A program made the position numbers and the translations under genes. Under the pieces are notes generated by a model that saw only the letters and a program-made list of their open reading frames with translations, did not search any database and was not told the origin of the DNA. Below are positions 8,492 through 18,564 of a DNA stretch of 64,000 bases, one piece after another. Source of the DNA: Synechococcus sp. (GTDB lineage Bacteria > Cyanobacteriota > Cyanobacteriia > PCC-6307 > Cyanobiaceae); NCBI GenBank assembly GCA_047285305.1, contig JBJBDL010000003.1, forward strand, positions 1,536,001-1,600,000, in the 5' to 3' direction. Each line of letters starts with the position of its first letter. The first letter of the stretch is position 1.

Positions 8492-9493
8492 TCAACGATT
8501 TCTGTACAGCTCACGCAACAACCGATAGGCCTCATTGAGTCGGCGCATCGCGTCGGTGGAACCACCCGCATCGGGATGTTCTTCAAGCGCCCGTTGCTTG
8601 TAAGCCTCACGAATGGAGCTCAAAGTGACCGAAGTCCCTGCTTGGGTTGATAAGCCCAACAGCTTGAGAGCCCCATGCACCGTCATTGTTGACTCAAGGG
8701 TTTCGAAGGAGGTGACCTGTCTGCTGCGGCGGAAACGGTTCACAAAGCGGCGGATCAGGGTCGGCATACGTTCCGCCAATGAGGATGTTGCAAAGGGATC
8801 CTCAAGAGCGCCAGCCACGACCATCACCCGACCCAGCGATGGATCGCTTGACTCCCAGCTGGCACACAGCGTCTCAACGGCTGCATTCGCAGCCGACCAG
8901 GTGAATGGACGCCCATCACTGGTATCGGTGCTGGACCAGACATCACGGGCAAGCCAGGTCATGGCCGCTTCAATCACTGTTGGGCCCGGTGGTTGGCCAT
9001 AGAGGGACCTCCAGTGCTCTTCGGCGGCAGCACTGGCCTCTCTTAGATCAGTGGGGTCCACCGTTGAGACAAGGGGGTCGTTCTGAGGGGAATCGCGTTG
9101 CTGCGGAGAGCGAAGCGTCGCTTTCAACTGACTGGTGCGTTTGCTGACGAACCCAGGCAAGTCGATGCCTGAAGAGCCACCCCCCGAAGGAAGCCCAGAG
9201 GCTGAGGTTGGAGCATCTTCAACCCCTTGTTGTTGGTTGCCCGTTGAGATCAGAACAAGACTGGTGACCTCATCGGGGCGACTGGAGACCGCTGGTTCAG
9301 CATCGCCCTTAAGAGGATCGACCTCTGGATCCGACGCTGCATCCCCAGGGTCGAGCAAATCCTGGAGGAGCATTTCGAGAACCCGGCCACGGGAACGAGC
9401 TCCGTATTCACCCTTGAGCTGGTCAATCAACGCGACCATGGGCTCTGACATCTCCACAGAGATGCGTTGACGTTTTGAGTCCTCGCCGCTCAA
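8492..9493 (-). CDS. Protein with a C-terminal J domain and a possible N-terminal ribbon-helix-helix
   Basis: C-terminal IREAYKQRALEEHPDAGGSTDAMRRLNEAYRLL carries the HPD motif; N-terminal RISVEMSEPMVALIDQLKGEYGARSRGRVLEMLL. Confidence 0.85.
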   Translation of the reverse strand: MSGEDSKRQRISVEMSEPMVALIDQLKGEYGARSRGRVLEMLLQDLLDPGDAASDPEVDPLKGDAEPAVSSRPDEVTSLVLISTGNQQQGVEDAPTSASGLPSGGGSSGIDLPGFVSKRTSQLKATLRSPQQRDSPQNDPLVSTVDPTDLREASAAAEEHWRSLYGQPPGPTVIEAAMTWLARDVWSSTDTSDGRPFTWSAANAAVETLCASWESSDPSLGRVMVVAGALEDPFATSSLAERMPTLIRRFVNRFRRSRQVTSFETLESTMTVHGALKLLGLSTQAGTSVTLSSIREAYKQRALEEHPDAGGSTDAMRRLNEAYRLLRELYRNR

Positions 9494-9517
9494 AAGTTCA
9501 ATCCACCTTTGGGCAGG

Positions 9518-11059
9518 TTATCGACCCTGAAGCTGGAGCAACCACTGCTGCTGAGATCGAATCACATCGCCGTAACTGGGACGGTCGACAGGCACCACAG
9601 CCGGCATCAAAGGAACCGGCCTTACAGACGCTGGATTGACAGGTGCAGGATTCACAACAACAGGCTTGGCTTCAGGCGGGGGAGGAGCAGTCTGGGGCCC
9701 CACCATGCGGGATTTAGTGTCCGCGCTTTTGACCTGAGCGTCTTGCTGATGTTGCTTGCGGCGATGAAGCATGGCCAGCTGCTGAACGGGGACAACACTG
9801 AGGAGATGGCCTGGGGTGGCATCGGCCGGATAAACCAATCTCACCTTCACCACCTTGCGTTTGCCTTGCACCAGGTTGAGTTCAGCCAGGGCCAGACTCT
9901 CCCCTGAGCGCATGCCCACGTGAACCTCTTGAAGGGTTCGATCCTGAAGAATCTGCAGAGATCCACGGAAGGCTGTGAACGTCTTCTTGCCAGACACAAC
10001 CGGGTGACTCAGCACCAGTTGATGGGGCCCTACACCAGAAACATTGAGGGTCACGTCGTAGTGAACTCCATATGTGCCGACGTTGTGCAGAGCTGAATCA
10101 ATCATCCGTGTGATCAACGGATTGACCTGAACATCACTGGTGCCGAAATGATGCCGCTTCGTGCTGGTCAGTGGCACGTGCAGTGGCCCCTGGTTGAGGT
10201 CATGGCTGATCTCAGCCTTGTAGGCATCGCCCAGGGCAACGCCGGCAACCCTGGAGAAAACACGACCCAGCTGAATCTCGCGAATCCGGTTTAGATAAAT
10301 CCTCCCCGGTGCAAGTCGCCCCGACTGCAGCACCGCGAAAAGATCGGCATCCTGTGCTGATTCCTCGGCGGCAACGACAGCCATCGTGAAAGGACCGTTG
10401 CTGCGTCCTCTCAGCAGACCGTTGGCAATGCCACGGGCAGGGAGCACAGTTCGCACCACCACCCTCTGCCCTCCTGCCGGGATCACGACCTGTTCGGGTA
10501 ATTTTCGGTCCAATTCACCGCGCAGCAGTTGAACGGCGGTGGCATCGCCTGGTCCTGTGTTCCAAGGACGCTTTCCGAGGGGTTTGACTCCCATCAAATG
10601 ATTCGGGTGATAAGGCGCTTCAAAACTGTTTTTGACGGAGCCTCGATCGAACCTCAGTGTGATCGGACTTGATCCGAGATTCGTCGCGATCAGAGCCAGG
10701 GTCATCAAGCCCCTGGATCGACGGCCCCCCAGCTTGGCTTGGTCTTTGGGGTAGTACTTGTGATGCATGTGAACGCCGAACTCACCGTTAAAGGTGTGGG
10801 CAGCGTTACGAAGCGCCTGGTTCGTCTCTGCAGCGATGGCAGAGCCCGCAGCTGTATTCACCAGGATTCCTGGCCCGGTGACGATCTCCGGTTGATTGGA
10901 ATGAAGAACCGGAACGTTGTTGAAGGTGCCGTTGAGAGGTCGTGCCTTCTGACCTGCCATCAGGGCGACAAATGCCTCAGCGCTGCGCTGAAGACCAAAC
11001 TCAAAGCCCGCAAGCGAGACGCAGGTCAAGACTAATGCCGGGATTCGCCTGAGACTCAT
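9518..11059 (-). CDS. DUF3370-family exported protein
   Basis: 513 aa; signal-peptide-like N-terminus; PVLHSNQPE, NVGTYGVHYDV and VYPADATP motifs recalled for cyanobacterial DUF3370. Confidence 0.75.
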   Translation of the reverse strand: MSLRRIPALVLTCVSLAGFEFGLQRSAEAFVALMAGQKARPLNGTFNNVPVLHSNQPEIVTGPGILVNTAAGSAIAAETNQALRNAAHTFNGEFGVHMHHKYYPKDQAKLGGRRSRGLMTLALIATNLGSSPITLRFDRGSVKNSFEAPYHPNHLMGVKPLGKRPWNTGPGDATAVQLLRGELDRKLPEQVVIPAGGQRVVVRTVLPARGIANGLLRGRSNGPFTMAVVAAEESAQDADLFAVLQSGRLAPGRIYLNRIREIQLGRVFSRVAGVALGDAYKAEISHDLNQGPLHVPLTSTKRHHFGTSDVQVNPLITRMIDSALHNVGTYGVHYDVTLNVSGVGPHQLVLSHPVVSGKKTFTAFRGSLQILQDRTLQEVHVGMRSGESLALAELNLVQGKRKVVKVRLVYPADATPGHLLSVVPVQQLAMLHRRKQHQQDAQVKSADTKSRMVGPQTAPPPPEAKPVVVNPAPVNPASVRPVPLMPAVVPVDRPSYGDVIRSQQQWLLQLQGR

Positions 11060-11211
11060 GCAACTTGCTGTTGTGGTGTGCGGAACGTCGTCGACACAAC
11101 GAAGTGGATGCTCTCAATTCACCGTAGTTCCACGTTCTGAGACAGCCAAGTGATTGGTGAGTCACACCAAGCTTGAAAATCGGTCAGCATGTTCTCAACG
11201 TCGACGCTGAC

Positions 11212-11397
11212 ATGCTTCCTCCGTTCTGCTGCAGCCCCAGCACCGATCACACGAGCCTGCGTCGCCAACATCAAGAACGGAAGTTGTCGATGCTGCGCTT
11301 CTGGCGTGATGGTGCTGAACGGCAGCTGTCGGCACTAAATGCCGCCATCAAAACTCTCCAGGAACAGATAGATCGCGACGCTCAGGCGTCCGGCTGA
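11212..11397 (+). CDS. Small coiled-coil hypothetical protein
   Basis: MLPPFCC...ERKLSMLRFWRDGAERQLSALNAAIKTLQEQI; 3' end overlaps the sigma-factor pseudogene. Confidence 0.65.
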   Translation: MLPPFCCSPSTDHTSLRRQHQERKLSMLRFWRDGAERQLSALNAAIKTLQEQIDRDAQASG

Positions 11398-12036
11398 ACA
11401 GCGTTCAACTTCATCGTGATGGTGTTAAGGCCGCGTTTCACGAGCCTTTGAACCGTAATCGCTGAAACCTCAAGTATTTGCGCTGTTTGCCTCAGGCTCA
11501 TCCCATCGATGGCGACCATCTGCAGGGCACATTTTTTGTCCTTCTCAAGGTTGAGGAATAGCTTGTTCCCCCTGTCCAGGCCTCTGCTCGTTCGACCAGA
11601 TCCAACACTTGCGGTGTCTCGTCGAGAAGGTCGTCGTTGAACTCCACCCAGTGCTGCTTGCTGCGGTAGCGGTCAACCACCAGGGCATCGGCTGAACTCA
11701 GAGAAGAGACCTCTGATCTGCGTACCATCTGCATGGCCAGTTCTTCTAAGGCCCTAGGGAGTCGTATCACTCCGACTCTGTAGCGAAGGAAGTGAAGAAT
11801 GGCTCCCCGAATGTGCGCCTTGGCGAAGCTTGGAAAGAGAGCCCCCCGCTGGGCGTCGTAGCGGTTGTAGGCCTTGATTAGTCCAAGACACCCCACTTGG
11901 AGAAGATCGTCGCTCTCTAGGCCTGTCTGTTGGGCGTAATGACGGGCTATGGGGCGAACCAGATGCCAGTTGTACTGAATTTGACGGTTCCGATTGTCAA
12001 GGCAGGTTTTGTCGGAAGGTTGGTTATGAGTTGCAT
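11382..12036 (-). pseudogene. sigF: Group-3 sigma factor (SigF-like), frameshifted
   Basis: Region 2 reads RNRQI..HLVRPIARHY..DDLLQVGCLGLIKAYNRYD..FAKAHIRGAILHFLR..IRLPR. Region 4 (ALQMVAIDGMSLRQTAQILEVSAITVQRLVKRGL) is in another frame, with the shift near 11570. The ATG at 12036 is out of frame with region 2. Confidence 0.8.
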
Positions 12037-12091
12037 CTCCAGCCTTGGCCGAGAGAAGCGAGCCAAGACATCCCTGCCATCACTGAATTTT

Positions 12092-12943
12092 TCAGCCCTG
12101 CCCCTGCGTGTCAACAACAGCTTGAAGCAGGGCCTCTGGTCCTGAACGCTGAATCCATAGACGATCGGAAGCTGCGGTGCTCAACAAGGATCCAGCGAAG
12201 CCGAGGGCGTTGACACTGAAGCCGCGAAGTCCCTCCCTGCTGCGGCGAACCATGGCCATCCACTGTCGTGTGAGCAACAGGTTGTAAGCCCCTCGCGGGA
12301 AGTCATCGATGCTGGGGTGCCCTAGACCAATGTCTTCAGCCAGAGAGAGATACAGCGCTTGAAGTATTTCACCTGTCAGGGTTGAGCTAATCGCTGCGAC
12401 CCGTGCACTGCGCAACAGAGGGTCCTGAGCAGAAGTGGTTGTGCCAGCCGCACAGGAACGGAACCAATCGTCCCGAGCACAGATCCGCTCCCCTTCTGAT
12501 CGCGGTAACAACTGCAGATGTCGATGCGGCTGACTTGCTCCGGCATCAGGCCCGCTGTTGAAGAACCACAAACCCGTCGTCGTGGCATCAATCGAGGCGA
12601 GGGAGCGCCAATCCTCCATGGACAACCAACCGGTCTGGGGTTGCCAGTCCTGGGTTATGAGCAACATGTGTGAGGTCTGAACGGGATATTTGTTCAGGAT
12701 CACGACGTGGGATTCACCGATCCGGTCAACCTCCAGACGTTGATCCCAGGGGAGAAACGGATTCGGCTTTGGACCCGATGCTCGAAGGTGTTTTGGTGTG
12801 GCGCTGAGGAGATGGCGCAACTCAAAGCGACAACCTCTTTCCCCGATCAGGTGGGTCAATGAGGTGTCGAGCGGCACTAGAGCTCCGGATGCGGTCGCTT
12901 CAACCGTGACCTCCATCGCTTTTCGAAGCAGTTCACTGGTCAT
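12092..12943 (-). CDS. ATP adenylyltransferase / Ap4A phosphorylase family
   Basis: KPNPFLPWD, ILNKYPV, FFNSGPDAGASQPHRHLQ (HIT-like motif) and SVNALGFAG. Confidence 0.88.
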   Translation of the reverse strand: MTSELLRKAMEVTVEATASGALVPLDTSLTHLIGERGCRFELRHLLSATPKHLRASGPKPNPFLPWDQRLEVDRIGESHVVILNKYPVQTSHMLLITQDWQPQTGWLSMEDWRSLASIDATTTGLWFFNSGPDAGASQPHRHLQLLPRSEGERICARDDWFRSCAAGTTTSAQDPLLRSARVAAISSTLTGEILQALYLSLAEDIGLGHPSIDDFPRGAYNLLLTRQWMAMVRRSREGLRGFSVNALGFAGSLLSTAASDRLWIQRSGPEALLQAVVDTQGQG

Positions 12944-13072
12944 GCCATGTCAACCGTGCCAGCGAGGCTCCTGCGTAGTACCTGCCGAGAACGGCACCGG
13001 AACTGCTGTCAGAGCCACCAGCCGATGATGCCTGATTTCCGCTAGACGGTCTCTTCTTCGCAGCAAGTTCAC
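12933..13072 (-). pseudogene. Probable deletion remnant of a SpoIID/LytB-type gene
   Basis: Signal-peptide-like start VNLLRRRDRLAEIRHHRLVALTAVPV joined out of frame to AVLGRYYAGASLARLTWHDQ*, which resembles the SpoIID C-terminal IL..YY.G motif. Confidence 0.4.
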
Positions 13073-13801
13073 ATGGTCGAAGAAGCTCCGAACACTTGGG
13101 CTGGCTTGGCTCTGGTGGTTGGCCCCGGTGGGATCGGAGCGGCGGTGGCAGCAGAACTGAAGCGGACCTGCCCTGATCTGAAGGTGCTGAGCGCTGGACG
13201 TCATGGACCTCCAGCGTCCTCACTGCAACTGGACCTCGAGAACGACAGTGATCTGGATGGTCTGAGCCCAAGACTGCGTGCCGAGGGGCTCCCCCTGCGT
13301 TTGGTGTTCAACTGCAGCGGCCGCCTGCACGGTCCTGGGCTTCAACCGGAAAAACGTCTTCAACAGATCGATCGTTCTCAGTTGGAACAGCAATTCGGCA
13401 TCAACGCCATGGCTCCGATCCTGCTGGCCAAGTCGATCGAGCCCTTGCTGCAGCGGGATCAACCCTTTCATTTCGCCAGCCTCAGCGCTCGCGTGGGAAG
13501 CATTGGCGACAACCGCACCGGGGGCTGGTACGGCTACAGAGCGGCCAAGGCGGCTCAGAACCAGCTGCTGCGCTGCCTGAGCATTGAATGGGCCCGCCGC
13601 TGGCCGTTGGCCACCGTGAGCCTGCTGCATCCCGGCACGACCGACACAGGCCTTTCTCGTCCATTCCAGAGCTTCGTGGCACCGGACAAACTTTTCACTC
13701 CAGAACGGGCTGCGAGTCAGTTAGTTGAAGTGTTGCTGCAACAGACCCCGGAACAATCAGGAGCTTTTCTCGCCTGGGACGGTCAGTCGATCGATTGGTG
13801 A
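13073..13801 (+). CDS. Short-chain dehydrogenase (CsgA / C-factor-like)
   Basis: VGPGGIG, SARVGSIGDNRTGGWYGYRAAKAAQN and LHPGTTDT. Confidence 0.9.
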   Translation: MVEEAPNTWAGLALVVGPGGIGAAVAAELKRTCPDLKVLSAGRHGPPASSLQLDLENDSDLDGLSPRLRAEGLPLRLVFNCSGRLHGPGLQPEKRLQQIDRSQLEQQFGINAMAPILLAKSIEPLLQRDQPFHFASLSARVGSIGDNRTGGWYGYRAAKAAQNQLLRCLSIEWARRWPLATVSLLHPGTTDTGLSRPFQSFVAPDKLFTPERAASQLVEVLLQQTPEQSGAFLAWDGQSIDW

Positions 13802-14178
13802 GCGTGCTGTTTCAGTTGGTCAAGGCTCACAACCGTCAGAGCTGTGTCTTCCGTGGCCTCAAGGCGCACCAGCGGTGCGACGCCATCGTCGTAGGCCTGC
13901 TTCCAGCGCGGTGCACAGACGCACCAGTGGTCTCCTGGCTTCAAGCCCGGGAACTGAAAAGCGGGCATCGGCGTGCTCAGGTCATTGCCCTGGGCTTTGC
14001 TGTAACTGAGAAATTGCTCGGTCATCACGCAGCAGATGCTGTGCTGGCCGAGATCCGATGGATCGGTTTGGCAGAGACCATTGCGAAACCAACCCGTCAT
14101 CGGCTCACAACTGCAACTCTGCAGTGGGTCACCAAGAACGTTCTTGGCTGGCGGAAAATCGGGGCTGCTGCTGGACAT
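13783..14178 (-). CDS. DUF2237 family protein
   Basis: NVLGDPLQSCSCEPMTGWFRNG..GNDLSTP..FPGLKPGDHWCVCAPRW. Confidence 0.9.
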   Translation of the reverse strand: MSSSSPDFPPAKNVLGDPLQSCSCEPMTGWFRNGLCQTDPSDLGQHSICCVMTEQFLSYSKAQGNDLSTPMPAFQFPGLKPGDHWCVCAPRWKQAYDDGVAPLVRLEATEDTALTVVSLDQLKQHAHQSID

Positions 14179-14289
14179 CTGAACGCTCACTCGAGGGGGA
14201 GTCTGCCCAAGGACTGGCACATTTTGACTTCAGACGGTTGACGAACCCCTGGGGGAGCGGGTTAAAGGTCATTCAGTCATGTCCACTCG

Positions 14290-14520
14290 ATGGATTGGGA
14301 GTTCACTGAAGACGCTGCTTTTCTGGCGCTCTGCGATGCGTTTCGCGAGAGCGGTGAAAGCTCGGCGATCGAGTTCCTTGCCAATGGAGAGGGAGCCTTT
14401 CATTTCCAGGACCTGGCCCAGAACGCCGCTGGCGAAGGCCTTGATCTAAGCGAGTCCAGTGCCCTGGAATCGTTCCAGCAAGAAGTGATCGACACGATGG
14501 AGAAGCTCTGCCAGGACTGA
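14290..14520 (+). CDS. Small acidic hypothetical protein
   Basis: 76-aa ATG ORF filling the gap between neighbouring genes. Confidence 0.7.
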   Translation: MDWEFTEDAAFLALCDAFRESGESSAIEFLANGEGAFHFQDLAQNAAGEGLDLSESSALESFQQEVIDTMEKLCQD

Positions 14521-14554
14521 GCCCGGCAGAGGTAGCTTCTCCGTCAGCAGGAGA

Positions 14555-14827
14555 TCATCCGTAGAAGAAAGCGATCTCCTTGTCCTTCAGACCGTCCCAT
14601 CCGGCCTCAAGCAGCCTCTGATTGAGCGTTTCCTTGTCGAAATGCTTGGCTCCGGTCTTGACCACCCGGTTGCGCATCGATTTGAGGACGCCGCTGCGGG
14701 GGCGCTGACTTTCCAGATCCATCACCTGGTTGTAGAGAGCGAGCATCGCTTCAGGGATTTGACTTCCATCAAGATCCACACCAGCTTTGATGGCGGCATC
14801 AACACCATCCGGTCCGGCAATGGCCAT
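14555..14827 (-). CDS. DUF4090 family protein
   Basis: GPDGVDAAIKAGVDLDGS..VMDLESQRPRSGVLKSMRNRVV..KDKEIAFFY. Confidence 0.8.
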   Translation of the reverse strand: MAIAGPDGVDAAIKAGVDLDGSQIPEAMLALYNQVMDLESQRPRSGVLKSMRNRVVKTGAKHFDKETLNQRLLEAGWDGLKDKEIAFFYG

Positions 14828-14874
14828 GGTGAACACAAACAGGGCGCCTCAGGCTATGGGACGCCCCTCAGGAC

Positions 14875-17800
14875 TCAGGCGCTGAAATAACGCGCCTGGG
14901 AGTGGAGCGCCACCAATGCTGTTGTGCTCTGCTCCGGTTCGAGCTGATCGCTGGCGTCCATGCTCAAGCCGATCCGCTCAGCGCCGAGCCATTCCAGCTG
15001 CTGCCTGGAGTCAGACACATTCGGGCAGGCTGGGTAACCGAAGGAGTACCGACTACCGCGGTACCGCTGCGCCAGCACATCCCGCAGGGCCATGCCAGCT
15101 GGATCTGCGAAACCGAGTTCCGAGCGAATCCGGGCGTGCACCCATTCGGCCATCGCTTCGGCCATCTGCACCGCAAGGCCGTGGAAGTACAGGTAATCGC
15201 TGTAGCGATCGCCCTTGAACAGCTCCTGTGCCACCACAGAGGCCTTCTGGCCCATAGTCACGGCCTGCATCGGCAGCACGTCGGTCGGGCGTCCCTCAGC
15301 GTCCAGATCGTTGAAGAAATCGGCAATGCAGTAGCAGTTGCCAGACCGTTGACGGGGAAGCTCAAAACACCCGAGTTCCCGCGTGCCATCGGCATCGAAC
15401 ACACGAAGGGTGTTTCCATCGCGTCCCGCAGGGAAGTAGCCGTACACCGCCCGGGGGGTCAACAGTGACTCGTTGATGCAGCGCTGCATCCACTCCTGCA
15501 GCACCGGCTCTGCCTTCTCCTGAAGCATCGCCTCGTAGTCATCCCGACTCTGCTCCTTGGTTTTGCGGAGCATCCACTGGCCAGCGAAGAGAGCATTGCG
15601 GTCGAGGTAGTGGAAGACCTCGGCGATGTCGATGTCGGCCTCAGTGATCACCGCAGAGCTGAGAAAGGGCGGCACCGGTGCGGGTTCAGCGGGGACGGCA
15701 TCGGAGCGATCTGAGCTCACCGGCGGCAGATCCGCTGCCGGTGCATCCGAGGCGGAGGTAGACGTCTCCTCAGCGTTCTTGGAAGTTATGGACTCTTCAT
15801 CCAGGCCCACCCCTTGGGGCGCATCAGCAAGAAAGCCCTTGGTGTTGGTCCAGTTGTCGCTGCGCTTCGCATCCATCAATGCATCCATGAAGCGCAGATC
15901 AGCGAAGGCATCACGGCCGTAAATCACCTTGCCGTCGTAAACCTCACGACAGTCCTTCTGCACAAAGCGTGGCGTCAGGGCCGCACCGCCGAGGATCACA
16001 GGAACATCGATCCCCGCCTCGTTGAAGGCCTGGAGGTTGTCCTTCATGAAGGCCGTGGACTTCACCAGCAGACCGCTCATGGCGATGCAATCGGCCTGAT
16101 GTTCACGTTGGGCCTCAACAATGGCTTCACAGCTCTGCTTGATGCCCAGGTTGATCACCTCATAGCCGTTGTTGGTCAGGATGATGTCCACGAGGTTCTT
16201 GCCGATGTCGTGGACATCGCCCTTCACCGTGGCGATCAGGAACTTGCCCTTGCTTGTGCTCTCGCCCTCACTTTTTTCCATGTGCGGCTCGAGGTGAGCC
16301 ACGGCGGATTTCATCGTCTCGGCGCTTTGAAGCACGAAAGGGAGCTGCATCTGGCCACTGCCGAACAATTCACCCACCACCTTCATGCCATCCAGAAGGA
16401 AGGTGTTGATGATCTGCAGAGGGGGGTAGGTCTGCAACGCCTCATCAAGTGAGGGCTCCAGGCCGATGCGCTCACCATCAATGATGTGCTGCTTGAGCCG
16501 TTCCTCAATCGGCAGATCTGCAAGCGATGGGCCTGATGCACGAGCTTCCTTGGTACTAACTCCCTCAAACAGCTTGGTGAGTTCGGTGAGCGGGTCGTAG
16601 ACGCAGATGCCGTCCTCAAAACGGCGGTTGTCATTGATCAGATCTCGACACACCCTTTGGTGGTCATCACTGATCTTGATCAACGGGAGGATCTTGGCGG
16701 GGCTGACGATGGCCGAATCCATGCCGGCTTCACAGCAGTCGTGAAGGAAAACCGAATTGAGGGTGATCCGAGCCGCCGGTGACAGGCCGAAACTCACGTT
16801 GCTGACTCCGAGAACAACGTGTACGCCGGGGAGGTTTTCCCGGATCATCCGGATGGCCTCCACGGTGGCGCGACCATTCAGCCGGTCCTCCTCAATGCCA
16901 GTGGAGATGGGGAGGGCCAGGGGGTCGTAGAAAATCTCGTGGGCAGGGATGCCGAACTCGAGGGCATCGCGGTAGGCCCTCTGGGCGATGGCGAACTTCT
17001 TCTCGGCCGTTCTGGCCATCCCGTCTTCATCGATCGTGCCGACCACAACAGCGGCGCCGTAGCGGCGGGCCAGCTCCAAAACCTTGAAGAAGCGCTCGTC
17101 ACCGTCTTCGTAGTTAGTGGAGTTGAGAATGCATTTGCCCCCAGCCACCTTCAGGCCCGCCTCCATCTTCTGCCACTCGGTGGAATCGAGCATCAGGGGC
17201 AGGTTGACGTTGGTGACCAGACGGCTCACCAGCTTGTGCATGTCCCGTTCGCCATCGCGACCGACGTAGTCGACGTTGACGTCGAGCACGTGGGCGTTTT
17301 CCTTCACTTGCCCTCGGGCCACCGACACCAGCCCGTCCCAGTCTTCCTCCGCCAGCAGTTCGCGCACCTTGCGGCTGCCACTGGCATTGAGCCGCTCACC
17401 AATGATCAGGAAAGAGTTGTCCTGGTGATAGGGCGTGACGCCATATATCGATGAGGCTGCGGGCTCGTAATTGAGGCTGGGGCGGACATCCTCCGCGCTG
17501 GCGCTATCCCAGCGGGAGGGGCGTTCAGCCGGCTTGAGCTCCTGCGCCAGTTCCGCAAGGCTGCCGATGTGGGCCGGAGTGGTGCCGCAGCACCCACCGA
17601 TCACCTGCACGCCGAGGTCTTCAACGAAGTGCATCAGCTGCATCTTCAGCTCCACTGGCGTGAGGCGGTAATGGGCCACCCCGCCAACGTTTTCCGGCAG
17701 GCCGGCGTTGGGAATGCAGCTGACGGTGAAGGGGGAATGCTCAGAGAGGTAGCGAATGTGCTCCTTCATCTGCTCAGGACCGGTGGCGCAGTTCAGGCCG

Positions 17801-18501
17801 AGGATGTCGATCGGGAACGGCTCAAGGATCGACACCACAGCGGCGATATCCGTGCCGACGAGCATGGTGCCCGTGGTTTCCATCGTGACCGAAACCATCA
17901 GGGCACGCCGCTCACCGGTGGCGGCAAAGGCCTCTTCAATGCCCTGAAGAGCTGCCTTGATCTGAAGCACGTCCTGACAGGTTTCGACAATGAACAGGTC
18001 GACGTTGCCGGCGATCAGTCCCTCAGCCTGCTCGCGGAACGAATCCCGCATCGTGTCGAAGTCGATGTGGCCAAGGGTCGGCAGCTTGGTGGTGGGCCCC
18101 ATGGAGCCCGCGACAAAACGTGGCTTCTCAGGGGTGCTGAATTCATCAGCCATTTCCCGGGCCAGCTCAGCTGCCCGCTTGTTCAGCTCAAAGGCCTTTT
18201 CTTCCAGGCCGTATTCCGCCAGCACAATCGATGCCGCGCCGAAGGTATCGGTCTCGATGACATCGCAGCCCACCTCGAGGAACTGGCGATGCACAGCCTT
18301 TACTGCATCCGGCTTGGTGACTACCAGATTCTCGTTGCAACCCTCCAGGTCAGGACCACCGAAATCATCCGCAGTGAGACCAAGCCCCTGAAGGCTGGTG
18401 CCAGTGGCGCCGTCGAACACCAACACAGGACGCTGTGGCCCATGCAGGTACTCGAGGAATGCAGAGGTGGTGGCTTGCCGATCTGCCTGCGTCACCACCA
18501 T
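14875..18501 (-). CDS. metH: Cobalamin-dependent methionine synthase
   Basis: 1208 aa; [31 protein letters not shown]12 motif [12 protein letters not shown] and [10 protein letters not shown]. Confidence 0.97.
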   Translation of the reverse strand: MVVTQADRQATTSAFLEYLHGPQRPVLVFDGATGTSLQGLGLTADDFGGPDLEGCNENLVVTKPDAVKAVHRQFLEVGCDVIETDTFGAASIVLAEYGLEEKAFELNKRAAELAREMADEFSTPEKPRFVAGSMGPTTKLPTLGHIDFDTMRDSFREQAEGLIAGNVDLFIVETCQDVLQIKAALQGIEEAFAATGERRALMVSVTMETTGTMLVGTDIAAVVSILEPFPIDILGLNCATGPEQMKEHIRYLSEHSPFTVSCIPNAGLPENVGGVAHYRLTPVELKMQLMHFVEDLGVQVIGGCCGTTPAHIGSLAELAQELKPAERPSRWDSASAEDVRPSLNYEPAASSIYGVTPYHQDNSFLIIGERLNASGSRKVRELLAEEDWDGLVSVARGQVKENAHVLDVNVDYVGRDGERDMHKLVSRLVTNVNLPLMLDSTEWQKMEAGLKVAGGKCILNSTNYEDGDERFFKVLELARRYGAAVVVGTIDEDGMARTAEKKFAIAQRAYRDALEFGIPAHEIFYDPLALPISTGIEEDRLNGRATVEAIRMIRENLPGVHVVLGVSNVSFGLSPAARITLNSVFLHDCCEAGMDSAIVSPAKILPLIKISDDHQRVCRDLINDNRRFEDGICVYDPLTELTKLFEGVSTKEARASGPSLADLPIEERLKQHIIDGERIGLEPSLDEALQTYPPLQIINTFLLDGMKVVGELFGSGQMQLPFVLQSAETMKSAVAHLEPHMEKSEGESTSKGKFLIATVKGDVHDIGKNLVDIILTNNGYEVINLGIKQSCEAIVEAQREHQADCIAMSGLLVKSTAFMKDNLQAFNEAGIDVPVILGGAALTPRFVQKDCREVYDGKVIYGRDAFADLRFMDALMDAKRSDNWTNTKGFLADAPQGVGLDEESITSKNAEETSTSASDAPAADLPPVSSDRSDAVPAEPAPVPPFLSSAVITEADIDIAEVFHYLDRNALFAGQWMLRKTKEQSRDDYEAMLQEKAEPVLQEWMQRCINESLLTPRAVYGYFPAGRDGNTLRVFDADGTRELGCFELPRQRSGNCYCIADFFNDLDAEGRPTDVLPMQAVTMGQKASVVAQELFKGDRYSDYLYFHGLAVQMAEAMAEWVHARIRSELGFADPAGMALRDVLAQRYRGSRYSFGYPACPNVSDSRQQLEWLGAERIGLSMDASDQLEPEQSTTALVALHSQARYFSA

Positions 18502-18564
18502 CCATGCACCCTCGAGGAAGCACCGATCTTAAGAAAAGCTCAGGGCGAACTTCAGACTGTTCAT

